Part shown: piece by piece, positions 12,857 through 24,689 of the stretch | Layout: each line of letters begins with the position of its first letter | Position numbering within the stretch: position 1 is the first letter of the stretch | Source of the DNA: Mobula birostris | Lineage: Eukaryota | Length of the DNA stretch: 64,000 nt | NCBI RefSeq assembly: GCF_030028105.1 | Contig: NC_092383.1 | Span: 96,805,604 to 96,869,603 of the forward strand | Direction of reading: 5' to 3' | The notes under the pieces: generated by a model | Database searches by the model: none | Told to the model about the DNA's origin: nothing | What the model saw: the letters and a program-made list of their open reading frames with translations, nothing else | Program-made: the position numbers and the translations under genes

Positions 12857-13138
12857 GACATGTGTCCAGATTACAGACGTCCCCCAGCCAGACCTGTGCG
12901 GTGTCCTCACTGATGGGGTTTCTGGCCTCACACCTGTACACAACATCCTCCATCTCTGCTGTGCAATCAACCCGTATCGTCTTTCCGTCTTTCCAGATGT
13001 GATGGCTGCTGTTGTCTCCTGTAACTTCTCTCCACCAACTAAAGTTGGTGGGGTTGCCAGAGGTCACGGAGCAGGTCAGGGCGACGATACAGATTCCAGT
13101 GATGTTCTGAACAGTGATGTTTACTCCTGGCACGGGCT
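12857..13138 (-). CDS. Gene A exon 3, IgC2 domain
   Basis: EPVPGVNITVQNITGICIVALTCSVTSGNP...VDC...YRCEARNPISEDTAQV...VC, the SLAM-type two-disulfide Cys pattern. AG/GT boundaries, 282 nt, phase 1-1. Confidence 0.93.
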
Positions 13139-13749
13139 CTGAGGGTGTGAGAGAGAGATGAAAGATGAGTAAAGGAGATTCTTGAAAACAGCTCAATCCC
13201 CAACTCCCTGGTTCCATCCCCAACAGTCCAGAGTAAACTTCAAGCCAATCCCACCTCATTTTTACCCAACGATCCCTCACCCTTTTGTTCAGTCACTTGT
13301 TGCTGGAGGAAGTTCCCACGTGCTGAGCCCCCTTTCCCAAACACAACCCACAAACGCAATCGACAAACTCTCCATCATGTCCTGTTTATAGCACTCTATT
13401 CCAGGAATTCTCTCTATTCCCATGTCTTTTGTTCCTCCTGTGTGTGGTCCCGGCATCCCTTCGAAACCTGAGTGAGCTCAAGCCCTGACCTGCCCTAATC
13501 TGGTCCAACACAAGACACAGCCCACTCTATTCTGTCAGTCTCTCAATCTCCACTTTGCCTGCCCAGATTACGATGATGTCTTGAGATCCTGAAACCTGTG
13601 CCATTTCTTACGTCTCTGTTCTCACACCCTCTCCCACCGAAAGCAAGGAGAAGATTCCTCTGACCCTTTCCTTCTACCCCACTGGTCTCCACCTTCAGTG
13701 CATCAACATCTATGCTTCCTGGCCCTTTCAATGGGACTCCATTGAATCA

Positions 13750-14330
13750 TAGAGCATTCCAGTGCAAAAACCGGCTCTTCAGTCCATCTAGTCCATACCT
13801 AGTCCCATTGATACACATCTGGATATTGCCTTCCACATCCCTTTCAGTTCTTATCCAAATTTCTGTTGGACATTGAAATCGAACCTGGTTCCAACCCTTC
13901 CACCTGCACCTTGTTCCACCCTCTGAGTGAAGAAGTTTCCCCCACCTTCACCTATAACTCAGGTCCTCGAGTCCTGATACTCTGCACTCTTTCAATCTAA
14001 TTGATACCTTTCCTGTACGTAGGTGACCAGAATTGCACAAATACTGCAAATTAGGCCTCTCCAAGGTCTTATACAATTTCCACATAATATCCCAACTCCT
14101 GTACTCAATAATTTGATTTATGAAGGCCAATGTGCCAAAAGCTTTTTTTAATGACCCTATCGACCTGAGACACCACTTTCAAGAATTTATGGTTCTGTAT
14201 TCCCAGATCTCTCTATTCTACCGCACTCTTCAGTGCCCGACTGCTCATCATGTACGTTCCACGCTGGTTTACTTCCCAAAGGTCAAGGCTTCGTACTCGT
14301 CTGCATGAAATTCAACCTGACAATCTTTGG
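13750..14330 (-). mobile_element. Old CR1 fragment shared with ~38000-38560
   Basis: AFINQIIEYRSWDIMWKLYKTLERPNL. Confidence 0.7.
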
Positions 14331-14559
14331 CTCATTATTCCTGCTAGTTCCAATCCTGCTACAGGCTTTCATTGTCTTCTTCACTGTCCAATATACCCAC
14401 AACTACTGTCATCCGCAAATTTGATGATCCACTTACATTCCACTCCCTTCCCTCTTTCTTACATATTTTGACCAGTTTCTTCCTGAGTAACACCTCTGTC
14501 TGCCCTTCTGCCAAACCCACAACTCCCACCACTCCACGTCCCACTCCACTTTCTGGACA

Positions 14560-14760
14560 TCCAGAGGAGGGGGGCTTCATATGAACTTTCACAGTTTCCC
14601 TTCCCTCCATGCAGGGAACCAAAAGCTGAAACAGAGATTGAGGTGCACTCCCAATGCAGTGAATTGCACTCAGTGTCCACACGGTGGCCTCCTCTCCACT
14701 GAGAAACCAGGCACAGTGTCACTGACCACCTTGAGGGACATCTCAGTTCAGGCACAATTG
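14560..14760 (+). mobile_element. Old Penelope-like GIY-YIG fragment
   Basis: Degenerate match to the YCIRCS.CGLLYIGET-type region. Absent from unit 2. Confidence 0.4.
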
Positions 14761-16561
14761 TAACTCAGAAGTTCTAGTTGCTGTCACTTTGATTCTCCAT
14801 CCTGCTCCCACTCTGACACACTTATTCTGACTTCTGACACTATTCCAGTGAGACCAATGTATAGACAAGGGCCCATCTCCAGCTGGATCTGATGCAGAAC
14901 TTGCAGATCTCCCTCCTTTATAGAGATGATATTCAGAACAGGTTCATTGTCTGAAAGGTTTTGTTGACTACTGTCTGATTCAGAGAGTCATAGACTCCCA
15001 GAATACTACAGAACAGGAACAGGCCCTTCAACCCATCTAGTCCATGCCGATTTCTTAATCTGCCTTGTCACCTCAACCTGCACCCAAAACGTAGCCCCCC
15101 ACAACCATTCCATTCATGTACCTATCCAAATTTCTTTTAAATTTTGAAATCAAACTCACATACATCACTTCTGCTGGCAGATCATACAACATGCTCAGCA
15201 CACGTGGTAAAAGTTCCCCGTCATGTCCTCTTAAACATTTTGCCTTTCGCCCTAAGCCCATGACCTCTAATTCTACTCTGACCCAATCTCAGTGGAAAAA
15301 TCCTGCTTGCATTTATACGATCTGTATCCCTCATAATGTTGTAAACCTCAGTCCCTTTCTTCCCCTACTCGATCCCAGAGGAGGTCTTTGTCTCCAACCC
15401 ATATTCATGATTTTCTATCTTCTGTTTTCTATTTCCCATGTTCTGATGTTCTCCTCCTTCAACTGGTGAACATTAACACTGGGATGGAGGACGTTGTAAC
15501 GTGAAGTCAATGGAGAGACACCAAAGCTGGTGGATATAGAAATGTGTGATTCACCAAAAACAGGCATCATATTGAGACAATCTTGGAGGAAGCAGACTCC
15601 CGATTCAATATTACACAATAATTTGACATGCTAAAGATCAGTGGTAAATGCAGGATAATTGTACCGTTACAATGTACCAACAATGCTTCCTTGGCCCTAC
15701 ATAGATTTTTCACCTACCTTGTCGTTCACACCCACACTCCAGACACACAAAATGAATGTTAATCAGAATTGTCTGGTCTGCAATCAACTCCAGTCCACAG
15801 CTACAGGAAAACTATTGTTCAGAGCTGCATTTTAAATTCAATCTACAATCCACCTTCATGTCTGAAGATGGGTTGTGGTGAGATTAATGTTTGTGTATTC
15901 CCCAACTACACAATACGTCCTAACAGAGGAGAGAAGGTTTCTCAGCCAAACATTGCTGAGTGAGATTATTGTGAATGTGATATTACTGTTGGAGTGAGTC
16001 AGGAACCATATTGCTGTGTGTGAGTGTGCTGTTGTGTCCATGTACTGTGTCACTCACTGGGACACTATATTCAGTGTAATGAACACACAGGGTCTCACTC
16101 AGCACAGCACAGCATGAAGGCTGAGGAATAAACACCTTGCTGAGCTCAGACCTCAGTCTGGGAAATTAACAAGCAGTGTCCCGGGAAACAGACTGGATAA
16201 CTGGGATCCCTGAGCATGACAAACCGGGCCTTTGACTGGAGATACAGTGTGTAACTGTGACCCTCAGATACAGACTGTTCAGGCCATTCACACCAGGTCC
16301 ATTCTCCCTGTGTGCTGAGCTCCCTCTGTCTCAGATACATGAGATACCCCAATGTTGGTTCGATCCCTTCCGGCTCCTGTCTCAGTCTCGGTGGATATGA
16401 CGGGTGTATCCTCCAAACTCACACTGACTCACCCTCACTACACTGGGACCGTGAGCCCAGATCTGGACACGGGTAGTCAGTGGGGTTCAGTAAACAGGGA
16501 AACACACAGGATCTGCCCTCACCCATCCATTAGGGGTGTTTCAGGGACCGGTCTCACTCAC

Positions 16562-16882
16562 CGTACACCTCCAGTCGCACTGTTGTTTTATATTCATTTC
16601 CTGAACTTGCTGCTGTGCAAATCACCTCATAATCACCGGAGTCCTCTCTCCGTAGATCATGGATTTCCAGACTGACGTTCCCAGGATGAAAGGTTATCCT
16701 GTTCTTGTACTGCTCATTACTGAAGTAGCTGATGTTCTCTTTCGAGTACTTCACAATCTTGATTCTGGGCGATACCCGAATCCAATGAACCTCAAAGTCT
16801 GGACTGACTGGGATCCCAAAAAGTAAGGAGACTGACTGTCCCTGAGCTCCGGTCACAGTGGTGGGAGGAGTCCCAGTCCCAG
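16562..16882 (-). CDS. Gene A exon 2, IgV domain (CD2/SLAM type, no B-F disulfide)
   Basis: SGTGTPPTTVTGAQGQSVSL...EVHWIRV...YKNRITFHPGNVSLEIHDLRREDSGDYEV...VRLEVY. Acceptor ctcctcAG, donor G|GTGAGT, 321 nt, phase 1-1. Confidence 0.93.
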
Positions 16883-18289
16883 CTGAGGAGACAAGACAAG
16901 ACAGTCCGTAGGTAAGGTCAGTGATAGGAAGAGGAATCAGACCTGGGAAAATCAAAGACACGGGAGGAAGCCAAGCAGCCCATCATGTTGTTCCCAGCCC
17001 TGTGAGACAGACAGCACAAAGTTAGTGTTGTTTCATGCCGAGACCCTTCATCAGGACTCCAGACTCTCTGCACCCGGCCCTCAGAAATGAAATTGCAGCC
17101 TGCAGACGGATATCAATGGTCAGGTGGGGGGGGGGGGCAGGGATGAGATACTGGGATACCCTCACTGTGTGTGTGCAGGGGTCAGGAGGTTGACTGATCA
17201 GACGAAAGGTGACCACCACTCAGCCAGAATTGTCACTGGATCTGGGTCCCCCAAGCTCTCCTAAAGAGCTGGTTCAGCACAACTTGAGCCGTCTCTGGGA
17301 AATATCCCACAGGATGAACCTCCCGACCCCAGGGGGTTCCTTGCACCGGTTGCTCCTGTACACTCTGCACTGTCCGACTCTCACCTGTTGCCTGGACCTC
17401 CAGTGTCAGGTGGTGAGGGTGGAGTCCCAGTTAGAGTCTGTCTGTGAGGACTCTGCCACTCCTCATCAGACCTTGGAGCAAAGAGGGTGAACAGTCCAAT
17501 GCTACAGTTTCTGTTGTGCGAGAGGGTCAGAATTCCCTGTTTAGATGGATAGAGGTGTCTAGTGAGCTGCTGTCAGCAGCCTGTGCCCCACCAGGGGTGA
17601 TTGGCTTAAGAAGGGTGTAAGAGAATCTAGCTGGATGTGGTAGTGGAGATGGTGTCTAGCCTGACCTACCGGACCAGGCTTCCTGTTGAATAGTTCACGT
17701 CTATACATTGTCGTCAATCTCCTTTTGTCCATGTTCTCCCTGTTCCAACTGCTCCCAGTCACCCATTGACCAGATAATCTTGTAGCCAGCTTATCCCCAT
17801 GGCACCCTGTCAGAGAAACCCCTACACCCGCTTTCCCTATAGTTTTTACTTCTCCACAGTTCTAATGAAGAGTCTTTGACCTGAAATGTTGGCTCTTTTC
17901 TCATTCCACAAATGTGTCCTGAACTGCTGACTGCTTCCACCTCCTGTATCATATGATGGAGACGGAGAGATTTTAAAAAATGGATCAGAGTGTCTTTGGG
18001 GCAGCTTCTCTGGTTCTCACCCATTTCCCAGCCACATGCGGCTGTACAGTGAAGAAAGTGCTAAATACTCCTGCTCGTGGGACCACACAGATCTTTAGTA
18101 CTCGGCCAGGTACGCTGTCTGGACCAGACACGTTAATGTAGGATGAGTGTAAACAGGTGGTTGATGGTTAGCATTGACCTGGTGGGTTGAAGGTACGAGT
18201 TCCCTGCAGTATCTCTCTCTGTCTCACTGTGGATGGCTTCTCCACACTGAGATGCTGGTCACTGAATGCACTGCAGGGCTGTGCCTGGA

Positions 18290-18720
18290 TCACACTCAAT
18301 AGTCACTTTATTCAATACAACCCGACACCTACCCGTTAACAAATACCAAATCAGCCATCATGTGGCAGCAACTCAATGCTGATCTGCTGGGATTTTCACA
18401 CACATCAAACTCTAGATACGACAGATAATGGTGATTGAAACTAAAAAAATCCATTGAGCTGCATTTCTTTGTGCAGACGTGCCTTGTTTATAAGAGAGGC
18501 TGGAGGGGAATAGCCAGAGTGGTCCAAGCTGACAGGAAGGTGACAGAAACTCAAATAACCACAGGTTACAACAGTGCTGTGGAGAAGAACATCTCTGATG
18601 CACAACACCTTGAACCTTGAAGTGGATGGGCGACAGCAGCAGAAGACCATGAACATACCCTGAGTGGCCACTTTATTAGGTACAGGACGTTATCAATAAA
18701 TGGCTGCAGAATGTAAAATC
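18290..18720. mobile_element. Non-autonomous Tc1/mariner-like element
   Basis: cactca(g)tggccactttattaggtac-type termini and internal gctgacaggaaggtgacagaaactcaaataaccac. Missing from unit 2. Confidence 0.55.
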
Positions 18721-19347
18721 TCCCCAGACACTGAGCAACCGGGGTTACATTCGCAAACATGACCACAAACATCTTAATCTTTGTATTATTACCCAACCCA
18801 CAAACACATCCTAACGCGGTTAATGGGATCAGGGAGGAGTGACTCAGAGTCTTTTGTCATGGTGTCAGAACAGCATAGACCTCAACATAATCAAGACAGA
18901 AGATCTAGTTGTTGACCCAAGGAAGTGCGTGTGTGTAGACAACCCTGTCCTGTTCAAAACAGCTACTGTAGAGATGGTTGACAGATTCGAAGCAGACATC
19001 CTTATCAACAGCATAGTCTCCTCGTCTCTCCAACTCTCAGTGACCAAGAAAGCACGTCAACCCAAATTGAATAAAAGTGATCAATACAAAGAGAGTTTAA
19101 CAATCCCTGTGATCCCAAATGAGACACTGCAACACAAATTGAAGACCCACTTTGTTCAAAGACAAACAATTAGACACGAAATGTTCACAGTCGAAGGAAC
19201 ACTACATTCCCATGAGGTGACACTGAGAAAATACAATCCACATACAAACTGATAAAATCCCTTTCTTCTTTAAAAACAACCCATAGCTCTGACACATACA
19301 CCTTACTCAAGTTTCCCATTGTGTGGTACGTGTTCTTTCTCTCTCTC

Positions 19348-19348
19348 G

Positions 19349-19379
<31 letters not shown>

Positions 19380-19410
19380 ACAGACACAGATGCACTTGTA
19401 CACACATGCA
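19348..19410. repeat. (AC)n microsatellite; expanded AC-rich tract at ~47385-47580 in unit 2
   Basis: Direct read. Confidence 0.9.
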
Positions 19411-21386
19411 ACCACTCACTCTCTCTGCTCTGTTGTTCCATTGCTGAGCTCGTGTCAACATGACAAGCAGGAGCAGGGAGCAGACGTGCGACCATTGAAC
19501 CACACAACATATTCAACTGATCCTGACTAAAACATTTTCTTGCCATTTTCCTTGATCTCCTTAATATCTAGAAATATACCACTGAAAGAAGAATTTCTAG
19601 ATCACAGGGGAATCCCAGTGATTTACCACAGTATGCCGGCTGGCTTCGTAATGGCCTGATATGGGAACAACATGTATTTGAGCAGAAAATCCTACAAAAT
19701 GTAGCAAATGCGTTCCAGTACATCATGGATAAAACCTTCCCAGCCACTGAAAGAATCTACATGAAACGTTGCCATAATCAAAGATCCTCACCACCCAGGC
19801 CATGCTCTTTTCTCACTGCTGTCATCAGATAGAAGGTACAAGAGCCTCAGGACTTACACCACCAGGTTCAAGAACAGGTTATTTATTGATATTTATTTAT
19901 ATTTGCATTTGCGCTGTTTGTTGTTCATTGATCCTGTTTACAGTTACTGTTCTATAGATTTGCTAAGTATGCCCACAGAGAAAGAATCTCGGGGTTGTAT
20001 GTACTGACATATCTCTACTCTGATAAAACTTATTTTGAACTTTTTGAATAGAGACCCAGTCTATTACCCACACTAGTGACATGACAGACCCACCACATCA
20101 GAAACCAGTCTGGTGAATCTTTGTGATAATTCCCCTTCAGCTTCCATTTCTCACCCATTATCACAGATTCCAACATTGTCCCCGCTCCCAGTGTCAGCTG
20201 GGGAGATGTGTGGTTCCCAGTTTTCTCTCTCTCCCTCCTTTTTGAAACAGTCTGTAGGAACCATTCCTGAAACTGTAGAGTTTGCCAGATAATAATCAGA
20301 AAGTTGAGTAACTCTACTGACACCTTGCCACAGACTCCGGGATGGAGATCATCAGGCCTGTGTCAATTATCCATTTTCATGATGTTATTTCATCATTGAC
20401 GCTGATTGATTTTATTTCTACACTAGCATTCAACACTTGTCTATCCTGTATTTCTGGCAGGTTTTTGTGTGTTCCACAAAGACACACAAAAAGCCATGGT
20501 TATTTCCTCTACTGTTCCTTCATTCCCCATTACAAAGACCCACGTCTGTCTGTAAGGGAACTACAGTTGTACCTGCTGCTGTGTTTGTTTCATGTCCTGA
20601 TTCTGGCTCTCACAGTCTGTTCTTAATATCCTTCAACTTATCATTTTCGCTTTCTTCAACGATATATCTGTTACCCTTTGCTGTGTTCGTAATCAATCTC
20701 AATCCTCAGGCTTATGACTCATTCTACAGGTTAACAACCATTTCTGGCAATGATATCAGGATTTTCTTTATCATTCTTTCTCACTGCTTGTATGTCCAAT
20801 TTTGTGATTTGGGCTATTGACAGATCGACAGTCTGTCTGCCGACAGAGAGTGAAAACCAGCGCTTGGGTGCCAAAAAGGGAGATGACTTTTAACAATTTC
20901 CACTCTCTTTCTCCATTCCAGTGCCCCTCCACCACTTCCTGCCCCCACCATCCATCATTCCTACAGCGATTCCCCATCAGGATCATTTCCCATGAAACAT
21001 CTCCAGACCAGATCCCAGTTCCTGGGTTCTGAGGGATCCTGGGTCACATGTACTCAATTCCACATCTCTGCCAATCCTTCCCAATCCTGTGAACAACTGA
21101 TACCTGTTTCTCAAGCTCTGTTTCCAGAATTAGAAGCAGGATGGTTCCATGGCTACAGAAAAATCCAATCATCTGTCCCAATACCCACCAGTAACCAAAC
21201 TTTTCTTGCTCTCCATGTCAAACTGGTGTTTTATGAGAGTGTGACAGGAGAGGCAGCTTCACTGCGTCCAATCTACACTCTCCTTGCCCTGGTAGTGTGG
21301 GACCCAGAAATTCCCAAGTCCCGAAAGTAACAGAGAACCGGAGAGAAGGATGTTAAAGACAAAGACTTGCTCTGAATCAAACTTAC

Positions 21387-21441
21387 AGAGTGAGGCGCAG
21401 AGAGTTAGCCAGCAGGAGATCAGCAGATGCCTGGTGTTCAT
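21387..21441 (-). CDS. CD2/SLAM-like gene A exon 1, signal peptide MNTRHLLISCWLTLCASL
   Basis: ATG, 18 codons of hydrophobic leader, then strong phase-1 donor T|GTAAGT. Conserved in unit 2 and in frame with the IgV exon. Confidence 0.85.
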
Positions 21442-21620
21442 TGTTCTCACAGAACAGTATAGACGTTGGTAGCTGCACAAAGCTTCCTCTCCTAGTCGGT
21501 ACGTTGTGAAGAGCAGTCGACAAGAAAGTAGGTGTTGTGCAGAAGGTGAAATACAGAGGTGTGATCACAAGCAGAAAGCCACAGCGCTCGACGTCACGAG
21601 CGGACTGACTGATGTCAGTA
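21442..21620 (-). promoter_or_regulatory. Candidate proximal promoter of gene A
   Basis: GAGGAAG ETS/PU.1-like site ~21482-21490 and a CRE-like TGACGTCG at 21589-21596, just upstream of the leader ATG. Motif match only. Confidence 0.35.
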
Positions 21621-22300
21621 TTTCACCCCACACCAAATAAGAACAATAAAATCAGGAGGATTTTTGGTCCCTTGTTCCTGCTCCACAATCAATGAGACTA
21701 TGACTGATCTTTTATCTCATCACTATAGTCCTGACCAAAAGAACAGAAAAGCCAACATAAAGTGGTGGATATGGCCCAGTCCATCACAAGAAAAACCCTC
21801 CCCACCACTGAGCAGATCTACAAGGAGCACTGCGACAAGAAAGCAACGTGCATCATCAAGGACACCGACCATTCAGTCCATAATCTCCTTTCATTGCTGC
21901 TGTCAGAAAGGAGGTACGGACCTCAGGTTCCACACCACCAGGTTCAGGAACAGTTACACATCAGACTCCTGAACCAGCGTGGATAACTTCACACACCGCC
22001 ACTCTGAATTGATTCCACAACCTATGGACTCACTTTCAAGGATTTCATGTTGTAGAGCATATGAGGAGCATTTGATGGCTCTGGGTCTGTACTCACTGAA
22101 ATTTAGAAGAATGAGTGTAAATTTCAATGAAACCTATCCAATGTTGAAAGACCTCGACAGAGGAGGACATAAGAGAACGCTTCTTATGGTGTAGGGGTGT
22201 AGGACCAGAGGACACAGCCTCCGAATCTGTCAGTCAGTCAGCGGGTGCCATTCGAATCTGGGGTTGGCAGCTATGCACCTCCATCTTCTTCCATCTTGCG

Positions 22301-22478
22301 AAAGCACCGAGTACAGCCTCTCCTCCAGTTTGTTCTCGCTGGCCGCCTTGGCACTGCCCGCCGCCGCCCCTGCCGAACTCGTGCCCGAGGCTGTGTCGGC
22401 CTCCAGCCACGGCTGCTTCTTTGAGCTCGGCCCTTCTTCAGGCGGTGGCCTTGGGCAGGTCCAGGCACACGGTGCAGC
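22301..22478 (-). pseudogene. CYHR1: 178-bp circularly permuted fragment of the CYHR1/ZFTRAF1 coding sequence (unit 1)
   Basis: Encodes [10 protein letters not shown] first, then EEGPSSKK..LEA...[14 protein letters not shown]. The native motif, recalled from CYHR1, is [26 protein letters not shown]. Confidence 0.8.
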
Positions 22479-23447
22479 GCCCAAGCTCATCATGTCTCTT
22501 CTAACTAGGTGCGTAGCAAACGATTCGTAGATACGTGGTGAGGCTTTAATCTCTTCCACGGAAGATGGCCGTTGGCTCACAAGGAGCTCATCCGCCCTTT
22601 GTCAGGTCTTGTCTTTTTTCAGTCCTGCCGGGTGTCCTCACACCCTCCTCACCAGACGAAGTCTGGTGGGGGAGCCGGCCAAGTCCTCTACCCTGTTATA
22701 GTGACAAACAGGTCCCCAGCAGAGCTATACCTCGTTGTTATACAGTGATAGACCCGTGTCATGAGTACAAGTGCCAGGCGCCTGCCCCCAGCCTAATCTC
22801 TCCGAGCATCCAGCACCCGACTAAAAACCAATAGAGGAATAGTTCCTCCGAATAGAAGAACGTCAATTTACCCTGATCCGACACAAACTCCATTTTATTT
22901 TCCATTTGCCTCTTCCTCTGCCCACCTGATCAAACAATCTCATCTCCCCGAAGTCTGAAGATTTCGTACAACAAAGCAAGGAATTGAATGCTGGCCCTGT
23001 GGATTGTCAGTCAGGAGGGGATTAAAAAACTGTAGAACACTGAATGAGCCAGGGACAGGGGAAACAGTAAAAACAAATATATTCTCTGTAGTGGAAGGAA
23101 TGGAGGCAGCCATTTTATGTGTGTTCTCTGCGGCCACCATTTTGTGAGCTGGCTCCTCCCCGGGGACGGTTTGATCAGAGCAGCAAACAGTAGGTGCAGT
23201 GGGGTTGACAATCTGATAAATAAGAGATCATTTCCAAATAAAAAGCTGTTTTTGATTTCGTCAGACTGACAGGCTTATCAAAGAAACAGCCTGTGTGACC
23301 TGAGGAAGACTGAGCTGCGTATTTGGATGAACTGGGTTGAACAAAGGAAGTGACATGGGGCAAGAGCAATAAATTAATACTGTTTGTGGCCTTGTGCCAG
23401 ATCCAGTGAGAGGCTGGCACAGGTCAGTCAGATGAAACAGAGCCACT

Positions 23448-23590
23448 GAAATCGAAACACAACAGTTTAATCGACAAGGCAGAGAATACGAATGAAGGGT
23501 TTCAGCGACACAAGAAGTGTGTGACCTTGGTGAAAGTCTTGCAAAGTTGTAACATGGTGGCAGGAAGTGGTTGAGGCTGTGAAACAGAAA
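23448..23590 (+). promoter_or_regulatory. Candidate upstream enhancer (ISRE-like x2, ETS/RUNX-like)
   Basis: GAAATCGAAAC at 23448-23458, CAGGAAGTGGTT at 23561-23572, GAAACAGAAA at 23581-23590. Conserved at 51521-51663. Confidence 0.3.
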
Positions 23591-24689
23591 ATGGTGCTGG
23601 AGTCCATTTGTCTCTGGAGTGAGAGAGAAAACACATACAGGTGGGCAGCAGGAAGCTCTGCTGTCTCACAACTCCAGCAAACCCAGTTTAAACCTGGTTT
23701 TAGATTCCATCTGTGTGGAGTTTGCATGTTCGCCCAGTGAAGGCTCAGTTTACCCTGGGTGCTCCCATTTCCTCCCAGATTCCAAAGATACAAGGGTGGT
23801 GGGTTAATTGACCACTATAAATTGCCCCCACTGAGAGGGTGCGGGGTAGAATGTGGGGGAGGTGATGGGATGAATGAAATGGTATTGCTGTAAAGTGGTG
23901 TTTGATGATCGGTGTTCACTCATGGATCAAAGGGCCGGTTTCGGTGCTGTTTGACCCCATGGACGGCAGAGGAATTCAGAGAATGGACAAGGCAGCTGAG
24001 AGAGCAGCAGACAGAGACGTTGAAGGAGACAAAGAGCTTCCTGGATGGGAATTCCCAGTGAGAGAGCTCGAGAATGTCTCCGGAGAAGAAAGAAACAGCG
24101 GGAGGGATGGAGTTGTCAGTGCTTTCTGATTCAGGGTGTGGACAAGCAGAGAACCCAGGAGTGACTACGATGATGAAGGGTCTGCACACCCACTCAACAA
24201 GTCTCAAACATATGTTCCAGCTCTCTACTCAGAGTCCCCCATTACAACTGGTCTTGCCCACCAAGCAGACATGAGAGAGCACAGAGGAGGGAGGGGCCCC
24301 ACCACGTACAGACTCTACATCTGCTTCTGGAACAATGGCGGCGTGCTCAGACACAGCGGCCACTCCGGTGTATTTGTTCTTCCTGTACGTCTATTTTACA
24401 TCCACAAGTCACTGCCGGAGACTCAGAACATCAGTTACTGCAGGACTACCCCATCAGCGACTTGCTCGATATTGATGGAGCTGAACTTGTCGTGTACATT
24501 TGTGCCCAGACTGTGCGCGGTCCTAAAAAGGTACGGTCGATTGCCTTGGTCATTTCGTATAGTGATCACAAGACCCTATTGAACAACAATATACTGCAAG
24601 TTTAGTTTACTCATTCTTTGGAGAGACCAATGACGGGGGAGTTGCATTGACTCAGTTGTTACGTGAACAAGATGTGCTGCTGGATCTCC

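Noticed and set aside
15760-16350. Weak IgC2-like words in intron 2 (VDCRLNLKCSS; WTWCEW..YTLYL)
   Set aside because: Too short and discontinuous, with no splice sites to support them.
16562-16882. Rearranging Ig/TCR V segment
   Set aside because: No RSS heptamer/nonamer, ordinary splice donor, and no canonical Cys pair.
16883-17000. ATG ATG GGC TGC... as the leader of the IgV exon
   Set aside because: Wrong phase for the IgV exon and not hydrophobic. A proper leader exon exists at 21387-21441.
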